From positions 36,607,394 to 36,671,393 of the forward strand of contig NC_081365.1 of the NCBI RefSeq assembly GCF_030684315.1: a stretch of DNA of 64,000 nucleotides. The letters run 5' to 3'. Position 1 is the stretch's first letter; every line of letters begins with the position of its first letter. This DNA comes from Stegostoma tigrinum. Taxonomy: Eukaryota. A program made the translations under genes and the position numbers. Under the pieces are notes generated by a model. The model ran no database searches and was not told the origin of the DNA. It saw only the letters and a program-made list of their open reading frames with translations. Positions 61,090-64,000 of this stretch are shown piece after piece.

Positions 61090-61690
61090 CTGAACACAGA
61101 ACAGTTCAGCACAGTACAGGCCCCTTGGTGCACGATATTGTGTCGACCTATTATCCCAAGATCAACCTACCCTGCATACTCTAAATTATACTATCATCCA
61201 CATGCCTATCCAAAAGTTGCTTGAATGTCCCCAATAAATCTGACTCCACTACCACTGCCGGCAGTGCATTCCACACACCCACCACTCTGAAGAACCTACC
61301 TCTGACATCGCCGCTATACCTTCCACTAATCACCTTAAAATTATGTGCCCTCATAATACTCATTTTCATCTTAATAAGTCAGTCTCTGGGTATCCACTCC
61401 ATCTTTACCTCTGATCATTTTGTACACCTCTATCAAGTCACCTCTCGTCCTTCTTCGTTCCAATGAAAAACGCCCTAGACCCCTCAATCTTTCCTCATAA
61501 GACCTGCCCCTCCAGTTCAGGCAGCATCCTGGTAAATCTCCTCTGCACCCTCTTTAAAGCTTCCATATCTTTCCTATAATGAGGTGACCAGAACTGAACA
61601 CAATATCCAAAGTATGGTCTAACCAGGGTTTTGTTAGAGCTGCAGTACAACCTCGTGGTGCTTAAACTCAATTCCCCTGCCAATGAAAGC
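61090..61690 (-). mobile_element. CR1 LINE 3' fragment
   Basis: Contains LVRPYFGYCVQFWSPHYRKDMEALKRVQRRFTRMLP. Confidence 0.9.
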
Positions 61691-62559
61691 CCTAGGAGAT
61701 CACTATTGTTCCTCGGCTTAATATATTGAACTGTTTCAGCTACCTCATTCAATGATCTGCCCTCAATCACGAAGACAGAAGAGGGATGTTTGATGATGAC
61801 TGCAGTATTCAGTAACATTTCCAACTCCTCAGGAACAGATTCATCTAAGTATCAAGACCTGGTTTGTATCTAGAATTGTGTTGACAAGTAGCCAAGTAAC
61901 ATTCACACCACAGAGGCAAAGATTTTCTCTTGTTAAAAGATTATCAATCTCCCCTTTACATTCAATATAATTAGCATCGCTGATTCTCTCACTAACATCC
62001 TGGTGTTACCACTCACCAGAAACTAAAGTGAACCTGCCATACAAGTTTGTGGCTACGTAAGCAGGTCAGTGACCAGAAATTGTGGGGTGTAATCAACCCA
62101 AAAAAACTCTGTCCAACACCTGCAAGAAACATGTCAGGTATATGATGGAATACAGTCCGCTTGCTTGAACAGGTGCTGTCCCAACAGCATTCAAAAAGCC
62201 CAACACCATCCACGACAAAACAGCTCCTTCAATGGGCACCCCATCCATTACCTTCAACATTAACTTCCTTAAGCACAAATACTGCCTGATGATGCATCAT
62301 CTACAACAGCAATATTCGACTTCATGCATCTTACACGTAATCAACATTTTGGCAAAAATCTGCAACTCCACCATGAAGAAAATAAAACTTCACCTTTTCC
62401 AATGAAGGTATTTTTACATTTCCATGCATGAGTATTATATCAGTGATTAATGGATATTAAGGACATTAAAAATGCAATGATTTTGCCAAAAATAAAGCTT
62501 TATTGCTAAATTGTACAAGAAAACACAAAAAAAACAGACAACGATTCAGCCATTAGTAA

Positions 62560-63540
62560 GAAGACGTTAGCAGACAGAGGGTGGTGATGGGGGTTGTTTG
62601 GAGGCCTGTGACCAGCAGAATTCCAAAGGGATCTGTACTGGGTCCACTTTTGTCTGCCATTTATATAAACAATTTGGATGAGAACATAGCATGTATGGTC
62701 GGTAAGTTTGTAGATGATGCCAAAATTAAAGAAGGTTATATAAGATTACAAAGAGATCTTGATCAATTGGGCCAATGTGCTGAGTGGCAGCAGATGGAGT
62801 CTAATTTGGAGAAACGTGAGGTGTTGCATTTTGGTAAAATAAACAAGAGCAAAACTTATACAATTAATGGTAGGGCCCTAGGTAGTACTATCGATCAGAG
62901 ACCTACAAAGTTCATGTATGTAATTCTTTGCAACTTTTGTCATAGGCAGATGCAGTAGTTGAGGTATCTAGCACGCTTGCATTCATTGCTCAGAGCTTTG
63001 GAGTATAGGAGCTGGAATGTCATTTTCAGGTTGTACAGGACGTTCATGACACCACTTTTGCAGTACTGTATGCAGTCTGGTCACCCCGCTCTAAGAAGGG
63101 TATTATTAAATTGGAGAGGGTTCAGAAGAGATTTACCAGAATGTTGCCAGGAATGGAGGGACTGTATAGACTGGGAACTTTAATCATTAGAACATAAAAG
63201 AGGTTGAGGAGTGATCTTAGAGGTTTATAACATCTGACAGACATAGACAAAATGAATAGTAAGGATCGTTTCCCTAGGGTAGGGGAGTTAAAAACTAGGA
63301 GGCATATTTTAAAACAGATTTAAAAAAGGATGAGGGGCACCTTTTTTTAACTGTGAGATTCTTGTGTGGAATAAATGCCAGAGAAAGGTGTAAATGCAGA
63401 TTTAAAAAGACATTTGGATAAATTCATGAATCAGAAAAACTTGGAGGTATATAGGCTAAGTGCAGGCGGGTGGGACTGGTTTAGATTGAGAACATGGTTG
63501 GACCATAAGAACTGTTTCCAAGCAATACATGATAATGACT
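62560..63540 (+). mobile_element. CR1 LINE RT/3' fragment
   Basis: Contains VTSRIPKGSVLGPLL..IYINNLD...KFVDDAKI. Confidence 0.9.
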
Positions 63541-63619
63541 ATTGCTACATTTCCATAGTAAGGATATAAGTTCTTTGGAGTCTCAGTTGGAACATGTCCC
63601 ACAGGTTGAGAAATACTGA

Positions 63620-63975
63620 TCTACAAGGTGCACTGCAGGAACTCACCAAGGCTCCTAGATAACGCCTTTTAAACCCATGACCTCTGCCACCAAAAAGGAC
63701 AAAGGCAGCATGCACTTGGGAACACCGCCTGCAAGATCACTTCAAAGACAAACTTCATTCCAACTTGGAAATAATAAATTTTCATTCCTTCATCATTGCA
63801 GAGTTAAAATCCTGGAATACACTTCCAAACAGCACTGTGAGAGAGAGTGAGTGTATCTTCAGCCCCGCTACCCCGCCCCCACCCCGGCCACAGCAGTTCA
63901 AAACAACAGCTCACCATCACCAAGGACAACTGGGATGACCAATAATGACAGGCCTAACATAATGCCAGCATTCAA
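63620..63975 (+). mobile_element. LINE 3' end (second family); an upstream piece lies at ~61850-62310
   Basis: Reverse-complement similarity to 19730-19965 and 20430-20640. Confidence 0.65.
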
Positions 63976-64000
63976 AGAGCAAATCGAAAAGCAGTCACTA

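Noticed and set aside
57700-64000. Further upstream KPNA1 exons
   Set aside because: No ARM-repeat exon (e.g. KEAAWAITN) was found by eye. The next exon probably lies beyond the window.

Overview
This is vertebrate nuclear DNA, not prokaryotic. The repeat content (HE1-like and SacSINE1-like SINEs, abundant CR1) suggests a shark or other cartilaginous fish; this is an inference. Four spliced genes were rebuilt by hand from GT-AG exons: a 101-aa type-1 cystatin/stefin (+, 3 exons, 625-4900), MIX23/CCDC58 (-, 5 exons, 26349-9094, 144 aa), FAM162A (+, 4 exons, 26777-40588, 151 aa) and the last two exons of KPNA1 (-, 57693-54564). The order matches the human CSTA-CCDC58-FAM162A-KPNA1 block, but there is no WDR5B. 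MIX23 and FAM162A are head-to-head across a CpG island. Introns are full of CR1/L2 LINE fragments, SINEs and a Tigger-type MITE, and a Tigger fossil lies downstream of KPNA1. The most striking unexplained structure is a set of Penelope-like (GIY-YIG) retroelement derivatives from at least three families carrying minimal hammerhead-ribozyme motifs (CUGANGA-stem II-GAAA-NN-UH). Several are inserted as near-perfect palindromes: one ~880 bp and three ~190-230 bp. Each has a 12-16 bp target-site duplication, a fixed ~34-40-nt tail on one arm only, and, in the short ones, a fold-back point at the ribozyme. Most ORFs in the supplied track are spurious or TE fragments. Repeat boundaries are approximate unless TSDs are quoted.
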